The notes beneath the pieces are model-generated. The model worked only from the letters and a program-made list of their open reading frames with translations, did not search any database and was not told where the DNA came from. A stretch of DNA of 64,000 nucleotides from positions 11,801 through 75,800 of the IMG/VR virus record IMGVR_UViG_3300029337_000071, one strand, 5' to 3'. Positions 29,502 through 39,665 of the stretch are shown one piece after another. The position numbers and the translations under genes were made by a program. The DNA comes from a virus. Numbering within the stretch: the first letter of the stretch is position 1; the number at the start of each line of letters is the position of its first letter.

Positions 29502-30702
29502 GTGACATTCTCCAATCAATACATCTGTTCAGATAATCTACATATTCAGGATTCTTACACATACCTTTGCCTGTTACATCTGAAACCTTTGCAACATCCA
29601 TACCATTACATTTTGTTGTTTTCATAACAATATTAAGTGCAGGAACATCTGTATCATTGCTTAAATAAGTACCAATTCCAAAAGCAACATTAACTCTATC
29701 GTGGAAATATCTGAATAACTTGTCGGCTCTTTCAAAATCAAGACTATCGCTAAATAACAATGTCTTCGTCTTAGGATTGATGCCTAAAGACTCATAATGA
29801 GCAATCATCTTTGCGCCCCACTCATAAGGATCTCCACTATCATGTCTGACACCACTAAACAATGTTGCATAAGTCAACTGGAAATCTTTAAGGAAACAAT
29901 CTGTTGTAATTGTATCTGTAAGAGCAATACCATTTAATACTCCATACTCCTTAACCCATGCATCAAGAGCATACCAATTTGAATATGCAGGATTGTGCTT
30001 ATGATTCCCCTGTCCTGTACACATAATCCATTCATGAGCCATTGTTCCAACAGGTGTAAGATTATATTTCTTTGCAAGATACACGTTACTTGTACCTACA
30101 AATTTTGAAGGACTATGTAATGTATCATTTAAATGTGAAAACTTCTCAACAGCTAACTCCTGTGCTTCAGCAGAAAGTCTACGTCTCAGACCAAATTCTG
30201 AAAAAGTACCTGCATACCAATGACCACTTCTAAGATTTTCATACTTCTCATCAAGTCTCTTTTTAAAACTTTCAAATAATTCATCATAGTTATAAGCCAT
30301 TCTGAAATAAACTTCATTGACGATAGCAAGAGTTGGAATCTCATACATAGAAGTATTAAGCCATGTTCCTCTTGTCTCAATCGCCAATCCACACTCCGCA
30401 TCAGTTGTTATTTCAAAATCTTCATATCTTGGCTGCCATAATCTCAGAAAATCTACATATGAACCTTTCATCCACTTGATATTATCAATATAAGACAGTT
30501 CTTCTTCTGTAAATCTAAGACCACAATATAATTTAATCTGTCTCTTGATTTCCTCTACCATTTCGGGTGTAAAGAATACATCCTTGTTACGACATTTAAA
30601 ACTCCAAGTAGTCTTGTAATCGCTAAACTGATGATAAATCGCTTGTCCCATACTGAACTTATACGCATCTGTTTCTAACAAACTGTTAATGATCTGCTCC
30701 AT
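29494..30702 (-). CDS. pncB: nicotinate phosphoribosyltransferase
   Basis: Collinear similarity to E. coli PncB: LLETDAYKFSMGQAIYH; FVGTSNVYLAKKYNLTPVGTMAHEW; GIALTDTITTD; SGVRHDSGDPYEWGAKMIAHYESLGINPKTKTLLFSDSLD; AFGIGT; NIVMK..CNG..VAKVSD. Confidence 0.75.
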   Translation of the reverse strand: MEQIINSLLETDAYKFSMGQAIYHQFSDYKTTWSFKCRNKDVFFTPEMVEEIKRQIKLYCGLRFTEEELSYIDNIKWMKGSYVDFLRLWQPRYEDFEITTDAECGLAIETRGTWLNTSMYEIPTLAIVNEVYFRMAYNYDELFESFKKRLDEKYENLRSGHWYAGTFSEFGLRRRLSAEAQELAVEKFSHLNDTLHSPSKFVGTSNVYLAKKYNLTPVGTMAHEWIMCTGQGNHKHNPAYSNWYALDAWVKEYGVLNGIALTDTITTDCFLKDFQLTYATLFSGVRHDSGDPYEWGAKMIAHYESLGINPKTKTLLFSDSLDFERADKLFRYFHDRVNVAFGIGTYLSNDTDVPALNIVMKTTKCNGMDVAKVSDVTGKGMCKNPEYVDYLNRCIDWRMSHE

Positions 30703-30704
30703 AA

Positions 30705-31271
30705 TTATTTTCCTTCTTTCTTAATTAAATTGAATATTGTCCCAATATCATATTCTCTCTTTTCACATTCATAAAATAAATTTATGTATTTATCAATGAA
30801 CGCTTTATCATTTGGGTGCATAGCAATCGGTTTACTCTTCTTTGATTTCCACCATTGCAACTCTTTTTCAAAATTAAAAGCTTTCCCATGATATGCTCTG
30901 CCAGCACCAAGATAATCACATAACATTTCTTTTTTATACTTCATTGGCATTTCAATCGGATTCCCACCATTATCAAAATTATCTTGCCAATATTCGTAAT
31001 GGTGTTTATTTCTTCCCTTATGATGCATCCAAGCTGCTGACCAACCATTTACCTTCTTACAAGCATCAATCGGACTTGAAGTGCCTTGATAATACTTAAC
31101 ACTTTCCCAAAACTCTGTCGGAGAAAACTTTGATAAATCATGTACTAATCCTTGAAATGGGATTCCTGCTTTACAACAGTAATAGAATACCCAATACTTA
31201 TGAACGCATATCTTTTTGAAATGTTTAAAGATATTTGATATATAATTACTGTACTTCATATTATTCTCCAA
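30705..31271 (-). CDS. hypothetical protein, possibly an HD-domain hydrolase, embedded in the NAD operon
   Basis: H...(20)...HDLSKF...HHKG...HH pattern, weakly reminiscent of the HD motif. Overlaps both neighbours. Confidence 0.3.
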   Translation of the reverse strand: MENNMKYSNYISNIFKHFKKICVHKYWVFYYCCKAGIPFQGLVHDLSKFSPTEFWESVKYYQGTSSPIDACKKVNGWSAAWMHHKGRNKHHYEYWQDNFDNGGNPIEMPMKYKKEMLCDYLGAGRAYHGKAFNFEKELQWWKSKKSKPIAMHPNDKAFIDKYINLFYECEKREYDIGTIFNLIKKEGK

Positions 31272-31773
31272 TCACATTAATCTGACACATCTTCATTGTC
31301 TCTAATGCAGCCTTATGTGTCTCAGGTGTTACACCTGCACAGCAACTTGCATCTACTGTAATATCAATGTTAGGGTAATTTGCTCTAATCATAAGTACAT
31401 TTGACACTACACAAATATCTGTGCAAAGACCACAAACTTCTACTTCTGTAAAATCAAAATCATCCCAATGTGTCCATCCGAAAGTTGTCTTATCAATAAC
31501 TACGTCATTGTCAATATCAAAATCTAACTTATCTGATATCTGCCATCCGATTGTATTTTTTACACAATGAACAACAGGAAGATGCTTTCCTTCATATGTT
31601 TCTAAATAATTATTTGGGTGTGTATCTCTTGTAAAAATTACACTATTACTATTTTCTCTATACTTCTTGATTTTCTTTGCCACATTAGGTACAATACTCT
31701 GTGCTTCCTTTGTGCCGAGTGAGCCATCAATAAAATCATTCTGCATATCAATTACAATTAGTGTTTTACTCAT
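31261..31773 (-). CDS. pncA: nicotinamidase (isochorismatase family)
   Basis: LIVIDMQNDFIDG...; Cys-containing catalytic region GLCTDICV. Start at MSKTLIV has AAGGAAGGG upstream. Confidence 0.6.
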   Translation of the reverse strand: MSKTLIVIDMQNDFIDGSLGTKEAQSIVPNVAKKIKKYRENSNSVIFTRDTHPNNYLETYEGKHLPVVHCVKNTIGWQISDKLDFDIDNDVVIDKTTFGWTHWDDFDFTEVEVCGLCTDICVVSNVLMIRANYPNIDITVDASCCAGVTPETHKAALETMKMCQINVIGE

Positions 31774-31862
31774 AATATCCCTTCCTTTCTTTACTATATA
31801 TTGTGTTTTACAATTCATTCAACCACTATATGTAGCTTCAAACTTGCCATGAAATGTCGGTT

Positions 31863-32165
31863 TCAATTCTCGCCATCTTGAAATGCTTTTATTCTATTTT
31901 CAAGACAATCTATCTCATCTTCCCAATGCTCAACTAACATATCTTCAATCTGTTGTTTTGCATCTTCTATGCTATCAGCAATAATTGTGTCATATTCTAC
32001 ATTTAATTCTTCTGAAACATAAATATAAACATTCTCATCCGTTTCATCTTGAACAAATCCAGCTACTACATTCTCATTTTCTTCTTCATAGAACTGACTG
32101 AAATGTAGTTTATAACATTCTTTGCCAAATTCGTTTTTCTCTCCTACTTCCCAATATTTATTCAT
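31863..32165 (-). CDS. hypothetical protein, paralog of 42349..42651
   Basis: KYWEVGEKNEFGKECYKLHFSQFYEE...VAGFVQDETDEN is about 80% identical to the 42-kb copy. GAGGTG RBS upstream. Confidence 0.5.
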   Translation of the reverse strand: MNKYWEVGEKNEFGKECYKLHFSQFYEEENENVVAGFVQDETDENVYIYVSEELNVEYDTIIADSIEDAKQQIEDMLVEHWEDEIDCLENRIKAFQDGEN

Positions 32166-32178
32166 AAACACCTCACAA

Positions 32179-32403
32179 TTAATTATTCTCTTCATATTTC
32201 TGATCAAATAAGATCATTACAAAAGTAAAAGTGAATATACCTAAAACAATACCACCAACTAAGGCAATTGATTGTGGCAGGAATAAAGATAGTAAAAGAC
32301 TAAATCCTAAAACTAATCCAATTGCCATAGCACATATAATTGCAACTACTAATAATACAGTACAAGTCATTTTAAACGCTTCCTTCAAGTTATCACCTCC
32401 CAA
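32179..32403 (-). CDS. small membrane protein (2 TM), holin-like topology
   Basis: 74 aa with two hydrophobic helices and a charged C-terminus. Confidence 0.4.
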   Translation of the reverse strand: MGGDNLKEAFKMTCTVLLVVAIICAMAIGLVLGFSLLLSLFLPQSIALVGGIVLGIFTFTFVMILFDQKYEENN

Positions 32404-32467
32404 TGAAAGACAGGTTTCTTGTCAAAATTCAATCGCTAAAAGCCTTATTTTTAGCCACTTTTGAAGT

Positions 32468-32662
32468 TCAATTTTTCTCAATTTTATATTTGAATGACAA
32501 TGGGCAGCCAAAACCTAATTCGCCACCCAAACATGGATAGTCATTCTCATCACCAGTTATAAAACTGCAACCATATTCACGATACCCAGTGTCGCTTTCA
32601 TAGCATGTCGTTTCACAGTAATCACAATTTTCATAATTGTTTTCGTAGATTTCTTCTTCCAT
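32468..32662 (-). CDS. Cys-rich hypothetical protein (64 aa)
   Basis: ORF. Confidence 0.35.
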   Translation of the reverse strand: MEEEIYENNYENCDYCETTCYESDTGYREYGCSFITGDENDYPCLGGELGFGCPLSFKYKIEKN

Positions 32663-32665
32663 AGG

Positions 32666-33280
32666 CTATACCTGTTTGTCTGCAATGCACTTAATATTAT
32701 TCTCTATCTGTCTGTAAGTTTCATTTGCACCAAGAATACTAAGAACTGCATTCGACAACATACTCTTTGTTGAGTTATCAAAAGTTTCCTTCATAGTCTT
32801 ATTGACCTGTTTACGAATATCGTCCATAAACTTATCAAGATCCTTTTTAATCATGTCATCAAAATCAAACTGTCTGTTGATATATTCCTCAAATGATACA
32901 TTTTCAAAATCATCACTGTATGAACTTGAGCGACCTTTCTTCTTAGCTCTAAGCTTCTTAGAATCAAGTCTTTCCTTTAGTTCCTTCTTAATATACTGTT
33001 CTACTGTATATTCCTTTTCTTCAGTATCACCCCAATAATCTCCACCGACTTTGATTTTGGTATTTGTTATGTACTCATCAACAAAACGCTGAAAATTCTC
33101 AGAAACCTTTTCTTCAATAATTTTCTTAGCGAGATTATAAGCAACCTTTCTAACAGTTCCTTCAATCTGTTCTTTAACAATGTTCTCAATGTTTTTCTCC
33201 ATTGTTGTCTGAACAAGTGTTTCTAAGTTTTCCATATCAATCGTTACCTTCATATAATCATTCTCCTTCAAAATATTCAC
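32666..33280 (-). CDS. hypothetical protein (204 aa)
   Basis: ORF. Confidence 0.45.
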   Translation of the reverse strand: MNILKENDYMKVTIDMENLETLVQTTMEKNIENIVKEQIEGTVRKVAYNLAKKIIEEKVSENFQRFVDEYITNTKIKVGGDYWGDTEEKEYTVEQYIKKELKERLDSKKLRAKKKGRSSSYSDDFENVSFEEYINRQFDFDDMIKKDLDKFMDDIRKQVNKTMKETFDNSTKSMLSNAVLSILGANETYRQIENNIKCIADKQV

Positions 33281-33443
33281 AATCTTTCAAGCTATTATCA
33301 TTTACAGTTGATAATAATGCTCTACCAAGGGTGTTGTCAGTTCCAATACCAAGATAAATCTCGTTTACAATTCTCTTGTAAGAAGCATACCAACCACAAT
33401 CATCTTTACAATTACATTTTTCACAAATCATAGTATTATTCTC

Positions 33444-33656
33444 CTAATTAATTTCTTCAAACGCAACACTATTAAATTCCACATCTGGAAACTCTTTTAT
33501 ATATACAATTGTATGCCAAGAATGAACTACAATATCTTCCAATGTATATTCTTTACCAACTTCCAATAAGTGATGATTTTCACCACCACCACCCCATACG
33601 TCATCATCGTTTCTAACACATTTAATTTTTCTTCGTTTTGTATTATAAATATCCAT
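33444..33656 (-). CDS. hypothetical protein (70 aa)
   Basis: ORF. Confidence 0.35.
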   Translation of the reverse strand: MDIYNTKRRKIKCVRNDDDVWGGGGENHHLLEVGKEYTLEDIVVHSWHTIVYIKEFPDVEFNSVAFEEIN

Positions 33657-33899
33657 TTAATTTCCACTCCTCTTCCAAACACCTATATATTCCTGTGACT
33701 CCTGTTTGAATCTTTTTAACATATCAATTAATGCATCTACTTCTGTCAAATCATCAAAAACAATCTCAACTGGGTCTTTTTCTTTTAAATCCAATCTTTC
33801 TGCGTAAGGAAATGGTTTGATAAAACATTCAAATTTCATATCTCTGCCATTATGTCTGAGTGTGATTTCATTAACATTTTCTTTGTCACCAATCCTCAA
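33657..33899 (-). CDS. hypothetical protein (80 aa)
   Basis: ORF. Confidence 0.4.
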   Translation of the reverse strand: MRIGDKENVNEITLRHNGRDMKFECFIKPFPYAERLDLKEKDPVEIVFDDLTEVDALIDMLKRFKQESQEYIGVWKRSGN

Positions 33900-33930
33900 T
33901 ATTTTGCCTCCTTGTGAAATGCGAGTTTCA

Positions 33931-34485
33931 TTATGTCTCGTACTTCTCTTTTAATCTTGCTAACTCAGCTAATTCCTTTTCTCTTAACATTCTTTCTTTT
34001 TCTAATCGTTCCATTTCCTTAAATGGTGCTGCAAATTTCTCATTCATCAATTCAATATTTTCATTGCAAACCTCTCCATCGCCATAAGAACGCAGTTCAG
34101 CTAAGTAATCCTGTGCGATTTTTTCTGCAAGTTTTCTATTATCATGGTCAATATTAATTGTAAATGCTACCCAATTAGTCCAAGCTCTATTTGGATCTCC
34201 TCTTCGTATACTATTACAATGCAACTTACTATCAACATAACATTTATATCTATCTGGTTCTTCACGCATGATCCATTTATTATCTTTATAATCAAACAGA
34301 ACCTCATGTACATATTTTAATTCTACTTGTGATAAATCTTTCTCATTTGTTAAATCTTTTAACGGTTTTACATAATAATCGTCATCACCACAAACACAAC
34401 AATATTTGTCTGCATCTTCACGATTATTAAAATAACCAACTATATACCAGTCACTATAGCAACCACCAAATACTCCATATACCAT
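33931..34485 (-). CDS. hypothetical protein with C-terminal coiled coil (184 aa)
   Basis: ORF. Confidence 0.45.
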   Translation of the reverse strand: MVYGVFGGCYSDWYIVGYFNNREDADKYCCVCGDDDYYVKPLKDLTNEKDLSQVELKYVHEVLFDYKDNKWIMREEPDRYKCYVDSKLHCNSIRRGDPNRAWTNWVAFTINIDHDNRKLAEKIAQDYLAELRSYGDGEVCNENIELMNEKFAAPFKEMERLEKERMLREKELAELARLKEKYET

Positions 34486-34498
34486 ATTATTTACCTCT

Positions 34499-35251
34499 TC
34501 ATTCTCTTATCTCAAACAACTTTTCTACAGCTTTCTCACCTGTGACTCTATCTGACTTCTGTAACACTTTACGTTCTTTCTGCCAAATACACTTAAAATC
34601 ATCAGGCATATTATATTCACTTACTAACACTATATTATTCTCTGAAAGTTTACGAAGAAAATCGTAGAATTCGTCATAGTCGATTGACTGTTTAGAATAC
34701 TGTTTTGTATTACGATATGGTGGATCGAAATAGAAGAGGCAGTTCTTATAATCTGCAAAGTCTTTATAATCACAACATCTAAATTCAATATCATTCAAAT
34801 CAGGAATTTGTGTCCTAAAGTTCTTCAGTCTCTCATTGTAAATACTTCTACCACCCTTAGAATCTCTGCCATATCCACCATCAAAATATCTGCCACCATA
34901 AGATGCACAATATCCAATAAGTGCTATATACTCTTTTGAATATTTATGTGTTCCAAGTTTCCTATCTTCTCTCACATCGGCATAATGTTCAAATGTGCAT
35001 ACATCTGGTGCAATAGATAAATCATTATCAGACTGAGCATATTTCAATAAAGCAATTAGTTCTTCGTTGATGTCAGCTCCTATCTTCTTATCACATTTAA
35101 TCTTATCAATTAAATTTGCTCCACCCACCATAGGTTCTATGTAAGTTGTAATATTGTTATCATCAATATACTTCTGAATAATTGGCACTAAAAATTTTGC
35201 CAATCTGTTTTTACTTCCTTGATATACCATTCCATTACCAGAAAGTGACAT
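34499..35251 (-). CDS. Dam-family (D12 class) N6-adenine DNA methyltransferase
   Basis: MVYQGSKNRLAKFL...EPMVGGANL and FYFDPPYRNT. Paralog of 40388..41113. The start codon lies inside the 42-bp conserved element. Confidence 0.6.
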   Translation of the reverse strand: MSLSGNGMVYQGSKNRLAKFLVPIIQKYIDDNNITTYIEPMVGGANLIDKIKCDKKIGADINEELIALLKYAQSDNDLSIAPDVCTFEHYADVREDRKLGTHKYSKEYIALIGYCASYGGRYFDGGYGRDSKGGRSIYNERLKNFRTQIPDLNDIEFRCCDYKDFADYKNCLFYFDPPYRNTKQYSKQSIDYDEFYDFLRKLSENNIVLVSEYNMPDDFKCIWQKERKVLQKSDRVTGEKAVEKLFEIRE

Positions 35252-35284
35252 GTCCTTAGTAGCTACCTAACTTTTTCCTTTCTG
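35243..35284 (-). repeat. 42-bp conserved element (copy 2)
   Basis: Near-identical to 20497..20538. Confidence 0.6.
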
Positions 35285-35296
35285 TTTTAATATTTT

Positions 35297-36121
35297 CTAC
35301 TTCACATATAAACTTTCATACACAATACTATCATTTGATTTACCAATAGTACGCTTAAAGCTGCTATTACCACTAAGTAAATATTCGTGTCGTGTATATA
35401 CATCTTCTGGAACATTCCATGTATTGTCTATATCCCCACTCTTACCATCGAATGATAAAGCATACTTGCAAGGTAAACTCCTCAAATAATTCCAAAACTT
35501 CTCATAATCAATTGTTCCATAATACATACCCTTTGTATTGGCATAAGGTGGATCAAGATACAAGAAGTCGTTATCTGTTGGGTTAATATCTTCATAAGAA
35601 CAACTGATAAACTCTACATTATTTTTCTTCAGCATATGACTCCACTCAAAAATAATCTTTTCAAAAGTTTCAGGAATAATACCATTTCTTGTTACATGAA
35701 AAGAATTATTAAATTCACCATCACGATTATATCTTGGCATACCATTAGTAGTAGTTCTCATAATGAACATAAAATCTAATGGATTATGTTCTTTATTGTA
35801 TCGTTCTCTTACACTTGCAAAATATTCTTTTTTACGTTGTTTGTCATCATCAACATTTAACTCATTCCAGAGTTTCTTATAATAAAAATAAACTTCTAAT
35901 GGATTATTGATAATCTCTTTCCATAAATCAATTAACCCGCTATTCAAATCACTACATACATAATGATTAACTTTGATGTCGCTATCTAATAATCTCCTTA
36001 ATACAGACGCTCCACCACAAAACGGTTCATAATATGTATCAATTTCTTTTGGAAAGAATGTCAGTATCTTTTCTGCCTGACTTCTTTTACTTCCACTCCA
36101 TTTAATTACTGGTTCGTACAT
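35297..36121 (-). CDS. Dam-family (D12 class) N6-adenine DNA methyltransferase
   Basis: KWSGSKRSQAEKIL...EPFCGGASV and LYLDPPYANT. Confidence 0.6.
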   Translation of the reverse strand: MYEPVIKWSGSKRSQAEKILTFFPKEIDTYYEPFCGGASVLRRLLDSDIKVNHYVCSDLNSGLIDLWKEIINNPLEVYFYYKKLWNELNVDDDKQRKKEYFASVRERYNKEHNPLDFMFIMRTTTNGMPRYNRDGEFNNSFHVTRNGIIPETFEKIIFEWSHMLKKNNVEFISCSYEDINPTDNDFLYLDPPYANTKGMYYGTIDYEKFWNYLRSLPCKYALSFDGKSGDIDNTWNVPEDVYTRHEYLLSGNSSFKRTIGKSNDSIVYESLYVK

Positions 36122-36198
36122 TTAATCTACTCAGAGCGAAATTTCTTTAAGGCTGCCACTCACTCCTTTCGTATTTTGTTCACATATATATTTTCTAT

Positions 36199-36396
36199 TT
36201 ATTCAACAAATCCAAGAATAATTTTTGCAATACACTTTGCATTATGAGAATCCATATCTTGAATAATCGCTTTTGCAAGATTGATATTATGATATTCTAT
36301 AATTTCAATCTCTTCGTCTGTTGGATTATTACGATCTTCAATCGCTGAGTTAAACTTCTGACAAGTTGATATAATATTTTCAAGCATATTTTTCAC
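36199..36396 (-). CDS. hypothetical protein (65 aa)
   Basis: ORF. Confidence 0.35.
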   Translation of the reverse strand: MKNMLENIISTCQKFNSAIEDRNNPTDEEIEIIEYHNINLAKAIIQDMDSHNAKCIAKIILGFVE

Positions 36397-36467
36397 CTCG
36401 CTAACTTCAAATGAAAGATTTCTTTCAATGTATTATTCTCCGAAGTTTCCTTCAGATTACTATGAAG

Positions 36468-36632
36468 TCAAATTCCAATCTTTTTCATAAATTCAATAGT
36501 TTTCTTGTACTTGTCCAACTCTTCATCTATGTCCACTGAAAAATCACTTGTTAATTCTGCTAATTTCTTACTATCAGCACTAATTCTTTCCTGTAGTTCT
36601 CGTATTTTTCTTTCAGTCTCTTCTTTCTTCAT
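36468..36632 (-). CDS. small coiled-coil protein (54 aa)
   Basis: Unlisted ORF. AGGAGAATAAT lies upstream of the ATG. Confidence 0.3.
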   Translation of the reverse strand: MKKEETERKIRELQERISADSKKLAELTSDFSVDIDEELDKYKKTIEFMKKIGI

Positions 36633-36641
36633 ATTATTCTC

Positions 36642-37400
36642 CTATGTTGCACTCATTAATAAATCCTGATGAGCATATTCAGCTACTCTCTTACTTCCAA
36701 CCTCAAAAATATCCTTATCTTTCTCAAAACATATGTAATTTCTACCTGTATTTAAAGCTGCGACTGCCGTTGTACAACTTCCTGCACATGAATCAAGAAC
36801 TAAATCTCCTGGGTTGGTGTATGTCTTGATAAAATATTCACATGCTTCAACAGGTTTTTGACACTGATGCAAGCTACTTTTCTGAGTATCCCACTTAAAC
36901 TGCAGAACATCTCTTGGATATCTTTGTGTACTACCACCACCTGAAATGCCAGTCTTTGTAGCACCATAACAATTACCATCTGTTGTATGTTTTGTATAAG
37001 AATGGACAGGTGTATGTCCTTCTGTCATTTGTGGATTGTAAGTAGGGAGTTTCTTATAGAAAATCAAGACATTTTCATGAGCCTTCATCGGCATTTTCTT
37101 TGCGTTTAGATGACCAGTTGCTTTGGTCTTTTCAATAACCCATTCATAACGATATAGCTTTTCATTACTACAAGCGAGTCTCTTATCAAATGGTGACTGT
37201 GCCCATAATGCAATACAGCCATTATCTTTGATAATTCTCTCGTATTGTTCCCATAACGACTCGAATGGAATTAGCACATCCCATGAATTCTGGGTTGTTG
37301 AAAACGGCAGATCCGTGAAGATAAAATCAATTGATTTATCATCAATCTTTTTCATACCTTCAAGACAATCTTCGTTGTATATTTTGTTAATCTCTAACAT
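36642..37400 (-). CDS. DNA methyltransferase, beta class (N6A/N4C)
   Basis: IFTDLPFSTTQNSWD (motif IV) precedes DSCAGSCTTAVA (motif I). Paralog of 19708..20484. Confidence 0.6.
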   Translation of the reverse strand: MLEINKIYNEDCLEGMKKIDDKSIDFIFTDLPFSTTQNSWDVLIPFESLWEQYERIIKDNGCIALWAQSPFDKRLACSNEKLYRYEWVIEKTKATGHLNAKKMPMKAHENVLIFYKKLPTYNPQMTEGHTPVHSYTKHTTDGNCYGATKTGISGGGSTQRYPRDVLQFKWDTQKSSLHQCQKPVEACEYFIKTYTNPGDLVLDSCAGSCTTAVAALNTGRNYICFEKDKDIFEVGSKRVAEYAHQDLLMSAT

Positions 37401-37469
37401 TTCTTACTCAGAGCAAATCCAGATTTAATGCTGCAGCAAATCTCATGCTCCTTTCAATGTATTATTCTC

Positions 37470-37670
37470 TTATTTGTGATAGGTTACATCAATATGTTCC
37501 ATACACCATTTCCAATATGGAATTACTTTAACACCACCAGCTTCGTTCCAATCTTTCTTTAACTGCGTTTGTGTATCTTTGTCTAAACAAGAAACTAAAT
37601 ACAAAGAACACTCCATTGGTGCTGTTTTTCTGTATTCTTCACTAAAATCTTCTAAATTTAAATTCGCCAT
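37470..37670 (-). CDS. hypothetical protein (66 aa)
   Basis: ORF. Confidence 0.35.
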   Translation of the reverse strand: MANLNLEDFSEEYRKTAPMECSLYLVSCLDKDTQTQLKKDWNEAGGVKVIPYWKWCMEHIDVTYHK

Positions 37671-37732
37671 TTCTACCTCCTAACTCCAAAGAAACTTCGG
37701 TTTACTATGTCTTTTGTAATATCATTTATTTA

Positions 37733-38092
37733 CTATGGTAAGTCAACAATATTGTACCTAACAGTACCATCGTCATATTTCTTGGTTTCTAATATTCCAT
37801 CAACATATTCTCCAATTTTGTCTGAATATTTGTTATATGTATTACTACCAGAAATATTATATTCTACACCGTTATATTCAACAGTGATTCTATAAACTGC
37901 TGGATGCGATTGTGGCATCATTGTTTTAGTCGCAGGACTATAATACATTGTTGTATAAGCAGCCCTGTGATATTCATCTATTATTTTTACTTGAACTGTA
38001 GATGTTTCGGTACTAATGCATTTTGCACAGCCAGTTAATATAAACATAAATGCTAATAGCAAAGCCAAACTATATAAAATTTTCTTCTTCAT
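37733..38092 (-). CDS. putative lipoprotein
   Basis: Signal peptide MKKKILYSLALLLAFMFILTGC with an LTGC lipobox. Confidence 0.5.
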   Translation of the reverse strand: MKKKILYSLALLLAFMFILTGCAKCISTETSTVQVKIIDEYHRAAYTTMYYSPATKTMMPQSHPAVYRITVEYNGVEYNISGSNTYNKYSDKIGEYVDGILETKKYDDGTVRYNIVDLP

Positions 38093-38252
38093 ATGTTTTA
38101 TTCATCCTCCTTTAACACAAGAATTGCTTTATAGTATCTACTATTACATGAGCTGGATTCTACTTTATATCCATCATCCAAATAATCATTCATAGCATTC
38201 TCAAAATCATTACTATTTTCCATTTCTAAAATTACACAGTTCTTCATATAGA

Positions 38253-38513
38253 TTATTCTCCTTTGTTATATCCAGTCTCTTCAAGAAATTCATCAAATTC
38301 CTCTTTTGTCATATTGTTTGGATAATACATATCTACCACCATATCAAACGGCTTCAAATAATTATCCAACACATCTTCAGCATCTTCTTTTGCTTCCTGC
38401 ATTTTCATATTGATATAATCTTCTCGTATCATGTTCCATGCCGTAGGACAATCCGTGACACTCGAAAATCTACAATATAATCCATTTGGCTGTTTTGATA
38501 CAAACCCTGCCAT
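38253..38513 (-). CDS. hypothetical protein (86 aa)
   Basis: ORF. Confidence 0.4.
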   Translation of the reverse strand: MAGFVSKQPNGLYCRFSSVTDCPTAWNMIREDYINMKMQEAKEDAEDVLDNYLKPFDMVVDMYYPNNMTKEEFDEFLEETGYNKGE

Positions 38514-38514
38514 A

Positions 38515-39153
38515 TTATTCTCCTAACTCTTTTAGTGCATTAACAAGTTCAGCGAGTCTTGGATTCTCAGGATGCTCCTTTGCCATTTTTTCATATAAAG
38601 CAATATTATTCATCTTTTCAATCTCAGACTTTAATTCCTTCTCAATAGAAGCTTTCTGCTTTGCAATTTCTTTCTGACGATTTTCCTCATCAATTCTTGC
38701 ATTGTATGCGTTCATATTAACTACACCGACAACCTGAGCTGTCACACCTTTACCATATTCTTCGACTGTCTTAATTTCTTTCAAAATTCCAAGAACTCTG
38801 TTGTCTTTTCCTCTTGCATTTACAATCAAATATAACGGATGGTTGGTATCATACTTAACAATTTCATTAATATCTTCATCATATAAAGCAAATCCATAAT
38901 CCTTCTTATTGTAATCATCTACCAAATTTACAATCGCCACTTTGCTAAATCCTGTCATTTTATTATCCTCACTTTCAACTTTTTCTACTGATAAAACGTT
39001 ATATCCTTGTTTTCTATTCTTTAATTGAACCATAACATATTTCTGTGTACCTACATTATATGTATCTATAACAAATCCAGTTTGTCCCTTGCTATTACAA
39101 GAACTTTTTATTATAACTTTGTCATTTATCTGAATATTCCTCATAGGCTGCAC
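38515..39153 (-). CDS. hypothetical protein (212 aa)
   Basis: ORF. Confidence 0.45.
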   Translation of the reverse strand: MQPMRNIQINDKVIIKSSCNSKGQTGFVIDTYNVGTQKYVMVQLKNRKQGYNVLSVEKVESEDNKMTGFSKVAIVNLVDDYNKKDYGFALYDEDINEIVKYDTNHPLYLIVNARGKDNRVLGILKEIKTVEEYGKGVTAQVVGVVNMNAYNARIDEENRQKEIAKQKASIEKELKSEIEKMNNIALYEKMAKEHPENPRLAELVNALKELGE

Positions 39154-39175
39154 CTCCTGTTATATTATTCTCTAC

Positions 39176-39427
39176 TTAATATGGATCAGATTCCCATTTA
39201 CACCCACACGTACAACATTCATATGAATCAGTACGATAATATCTAAATAACTTATGATGTTCTGTGATAAAAAGATATTTTAGAACACCTTTAGATTTTC
39301 CTTTTGAGGTTATATAAAACGGCTTACTTTCTCCACAATTAGGGCATATATTACAACCCTTATTTGCTTGCATACATTTCAATTCTTCTTTTGTATAATC
39401 TGTTTTGTTTTGTCTAGTTATTTTCAA
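39176..39427 (-). CDS. zinc-ribbon hypothetical protein (83 aa)
   Basis: CNICPNCG...CCTCGC. Confidence 0.4.
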   Translation of the reverse strand: MKITRQNKTDYTKEELKCMQANKGCNICPNCGESKPFYITSKGKSKGVLKYLFITEHHKLFRYYRTDSYECCTCGCKWESDPY

Positions 39428-39467
39428 TTAATATTACCTTGTTTCTATCCAAAGAAATCTATGATTC

Positions 39468-39665
39468 TTACCCTTCAAGAACTATATAACTTTTATTATT
39501 TATGGTTAATGTACCTGCAACTTTAGACGATTTGAGTAAAGTTATTGCTGCATCTAGTGCTACATTGGCATCGTTTATATCATCTGCATATTCATACTCA
39601 TCCCAATTTTCATTTACATAAGATTTCAGGTCTTCTAATACCTCAATTTGTTTTTCTTTATTCAT
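39468..39665 (-). CDS. hypothetical protein (65 aa)
   Basis: ORF. Confidence 0.35.
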   Translation of the reverse strand: MNKEKQIEVLEDLKSYVNENWDEYEYADDINDANVALDAAITLLKSSKVAGTLTINNKSYIVLEG

